32,000 nt of DNA from Candidatus Babelota bacterium. Its GTDB lineage: Bacteria > Babelota > Babeliae > Babelales > Vermiphilaceae. Below the pieces are notes generated by a model. That model saw only the letters and a list, made by a program, of their open reading frames with translations. It was not told the DNA's origin and did no database searches. Both the position numbers and the translations under genes were made by a program. Of the stretch, positions 29,748-32,000 are shown piece after piece (within the stretch, counting starts at the first letter, position 1; each line of letters starts with the position of its first letter). The DNA lies in contig JBDHVY010000001.1 in assembly GCA_039809905.1 (NCBI GenBank), positions 210,001 through 242,000 of the forward strand. Direction: 5' to 3'.

Positions 29748-29853
29748 AATCGATAATCCTTATGTAAACACAATCTTTTGTCATATAATTTTTAAAGAGT
29801 GGGGCTCTTTCTTCTAAGGTAGCCAATAATCACAAAGTGGTCAATTAAAACAA

Positions 29854-29875
29854 GCCAAAAAGCCCCTTTTTTGGC
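29854..29875 (-). terminator. Terminator immediately after the kinase-like gene
   Basis: GCCAAAAA (29854-29861) / TTTTTGGC (29868-29875), 6-nt loop; on minus followed by TTGTTTTAATTG; directly abuts the stop codon. Confidence 0.7.
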
Positions 29876-30955
29876 CTATAATTGTTCTAGCAGTAAAAAA
29901 GCTTCTTTATATTCTTGCGATTGAGCTCTCTTTTTGAATAAGGCAAAGCATATCTTTGCAATATCTTCAAAAGTATCCATAGAACTTGTCATTTCTTCAT
30001 TTGTTTTACGCAAATAATTGGAAACAGCTGCTTTGACCGCTGCACTGGGCACTTCTTGTTTTATAGCAAGAAAATTAAGACCTGTCGAAAGCAAAGCCAC
30101 ATTCTCTATCAGAATAAAGTGCGCACGATCAGCTGATGAAATATTATTTTCAAAATATTTTTCTAGAAAAAAACCAACCTGCTCTTTTGAAAAATGGAAC
30201 TTAATTACAGAACATGCAATATCCCAAAAAGGATCACCTAATCCTGCATTACCCCAATCTATGAATTTAATAGTCTTTTCTGAGGTATAAAACAAATTCA
30301 TCACATGAATATCATTATGACATGCTTTAGGCTCTATTGTATGCTTTTTGATAGCAGTATTTATTTTATAAACCTCATCTAAAAAGTCATGTAATTCAAT
30401 AGAAAACTCAGGATTTTTTTGTATATTGCTTTTTATTTTTTGATCAATACGCTTAAAAATATCAAATTTTACCTGAGAATCTACAGAACCATTATGAATA
30501 GTCCTCAATGCACAAGTAAACTGCTCTAGTATCTGCTTATCTTCAAGATGAGCTGGCGACAAATGAGCCCCATCAACAAATTCAATAGCATAACATCCTT
30601 CTGCTAGGTTCTCATAAACAACCTTTGGTCCCAATCCTTTTTCTGCTGCCATCCGAGAATATTGGCAATCTTTTTGACACCATTCAACAGAATACGGCTG
30701 CTTCATACATCGAAGCACAAATTTGGATGGATTTAGTTCAATAACATACAGACCATCTCCCGACATTCCTCCCAAAAGAGGCTTCACCTTGCCAGAAGCT
30801 ATTTCATGCGAAAAAACGTCGCTTGCACTCGCCTGTATATGAACTTTATGTTCGTCTTTTACATTATTATAGCTTAAAACATACTTATCTGACGCATAAA
30901 CAGAGAAAACCATTACCTGGAAAAATGCAGCAAAATAAATGACACTTTTATTCAT
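29876..30955 (-). CDS. Choline/ethanolamine kinase- or aminoglycoside-phosphotransferase-fold protein with N-terminal signal peptide
   Basis: 359 aa; N-term MNKSVIYFAAFFQVMVFSVYASDK; GLGPKVVYENLAEGCYAIEFVDG; catalytic ACHNDIHVMNLFY; IKFIDWGNAGLGDPFWDIA. AGGAG SD six nt before ATG. Confidence 0.82.
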   Translation of the reverse strand: MNKSVIYFAAFFQVMVFSVYASDKYVLSYNNVKDEHKVHIQASASDVFSHEIASGKVKPLLGGMSGDGLYVIELNPSKFVLRCMKQPYSVEWCQKDCQYSRMAAEKGLGPKVVYENLAEGCYAIEFVDGAHLSPAHLEDKQILEQFTCALRTIHNGSVDSQVKFDIFKRIDQKIKSNIQKNPEFSIELHDFLDEVYKINTAIKKHTIEPKACHNDIHVMNLFYTSEKTIKFIDWGNAGLGDPFWDIACSVIKFHFSKEQVGFFLEKYFENNISSADRAHFILIENVALLSTGLNFLAIKQEVPSAAVKAAVSNYLRKTNEEMTSSMDTFEDIAKICFALFKKRAQSQEYKEAFLLLEQL

Positions 30956-30990
30956 ATCAAGCTCCTAAAAGAATTACTTTATATATCCTA

Positions 30991-31018
30991 ATAGTAACGC
31001 TTATGAAAAAAGTGTCAA
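30991..31018 (-). promoter_or_regulatory. Candidate promoter for the kinase-like gene
   Basis: Minus strand TTGACA (31018-31013) - 16 nt - TACTAT (30996-30991); perfect -35 box. Confidence 0.6.
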
Positions 31019-31029
31019 TTAACAAAGTC

Positions 31030-32000
31030 TTATACTTTTTTTGTATTATGGTGATAATAGCAATGAAATGCTACAAATAAAAGCTCCATAACTATCGCAC
31101 CAATAAGAAAAGACAATAACAAATGATGTTTTATATTATTTTCGATAAATAATCCTACAGCAAGAAATGATACTAGAGTACCAATTATCACGGGAATCAC
31201 ATATCCCAACTGACTTCGTGCATGTTCAATTGCTCCTATACCAGCACTGGTCGCAGTCATAATGGTAGTTTCAGCAAAAGGAGAAATGTGATTGCCGCAT
31301 GCAGCGCCTGAAAGCACTGCTCCTATTGAAGGGAATAATAACGAAATCTGATCAGATGTAACAGGAATATTCAGCTGGAGCAACGATATCAACATTTCTA
31401 TGGTAATAGGTATCAATATTGAAAACGTTCCCCATGCAGAACCCGTAGTAAGCGTTATAATCAGAGACACTACAAACAACATCACCGGAATGAAACACAA
31501 AGAAACATTACCAATCAATAGTGATGCAAGATACGTCCCGGTATGCAAATGAGATGATAAAAAGCTACCCAAAACTGATGCTAAAATGACCATCATAATA
31601 GAAGATCTCATAGCAAGAAAACCTTGATACACAATCAAAGGCAATTGAGAAACAGTTATCATTTTTTTAGATAAAGACAGTACAAAACTTGCAATAAATG
31701 AAATTGATCCTGCAATCAATAATACCAAAAACGTTTTATTATTTGATTTGAACGCATCTAAGAAGGAATTATTTCCTCCAAAAGCATGGTAATTACCAGC
31801 ATAAAGCATACCGATAATAACACCGCTCAGCAGCAAGAAAATAGGCAATAACAATTCAATTAAAGAGCCATCTTTTTGTGATGCAATCATATGATCAGAT
31901 TCATCTTGTATTGATTGCGCATTATTTTCATCATTGCCGATCATCCCATAACGCATTCTTGTCATCACGATAAATAGCACAGAAATAAGCGTCAAAAACG
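31030..32000 (-). CDS. NhaC-type Na+/H+ antiporter family membrane protein, 5' part beyond window edge
   Basis: Multiple TM segments; FLAMRSSIMMVILASVLGSFL, TGSAWGTFSILIPITI, GAACGNHISPFAETTIMTATSAG resembles the NhaC family GDHxSPxxDTT region. The frame stays open upstream of the TTG the track used as start. Confidence 0.72.
   Translation of the reverse strand, partial: FLTLISVLFIVMTRMRYGMIGNDENNAQSIQDESDHMIASQKDGSLIELLLPIFLLLSGVIIGMLYAGNYHAFGGNNSFLDAFKSNNKTFLVLLIAGSISFIASFVLSLSKKMITVSQLPLIVYQGFLAMRSSIMMVILASVLGSFLSSHLHTGTYLASLLIGNVSLCFIPVMLFVVSLIITLTTGSAWGTFSILIPITIEMLISLLQLNIPVTSDQISLLFPSIGAVLSGAACGNHISPFAETTIMTATSAGIGAIEHARSQLGYVIPVIIGTLVSFLAVGLFIENNIKHHLLLSFLIGAIVMELLFVAFHCYYHHNTKKV

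Noticed and set aside
29794-29810. AAAGAG-TGGGG-CTCTTT hairpin between rplM and the kinase-like gene as a second terminator
   Set aside because: Only a 6-bp AT-rich stem. The abutting GCCAAAAA/TTTTTGGC hairpin explains termination better; could merely be in the rplM leader.
31030-31995. TTG-started complete antiporter ORF as given in the track
   Set aside because: The frame stays open to the window edge and the N-terminus lacks the rest of an NhaC-type protein; treated as truncated by the window.
1-32000. CRISPR arrays, transposases, integrases, toxin-antitoxin or other defence modules
   Set aside because: No regularly spaced direct repeats, recombinase or transposase motifs, or paired small ORFs seen. 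SbcC alone is housekeeping DNA repair, not evidence of a defence island.

Overview
Mostly a housekeeping window. A single uninterrupted minus-strand block of 35 genes (about 27715 down to 8234) carries the fused str-S10-spc-alpha translation supercluster: rpsL-rpsG-fusA-tuf-rpsJ-rplC-rplD-rplW-rplB-rpsS-rplV-rpsC-rplP-rpmC-rpsQ-rplN-rplX-rplE-rpsN-rpsH-rplF-rplR-rpsE-rplO-secY-adk-map-infA-rpmJ-rpsM-rpsK-rpsD-rpoA-rplQ-nifU-like. Left flank (minus): partial gap, nfo, phosphomannomutase/phosphoglucomutase and a hypothetical secreted protein. These are followed by a plus-strand SbcC/Rad50-like ATPase and two small predicted-exported proteins, one built of 18-aa tandem repeats. Right flank: plus-strand RseP-type M50 protease, then minus-strand rplM, a signal-peptide-bearing choline-kinase/APH-fold protein and a partial NhaC-type antiporter. 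No rRNA, tRNA, CRISPR or transposon was recognised. Gene content and the many small signal-peptide ORFs would suit a host-associated bacterium with a reduced genome; a Dependentiae/TM6-like origin is only a guess. No clear new multi-gene system was found. The best leads are the exported kinase-like protein, the exported repeat protein, ribosomal-protein oddities (S4 lacking its N-terminal zinc region, no L30 gene in place), a NifU-like gene at the end of the alpha operon, a candidate internal promoter before rplV, and a shared terminator stem.
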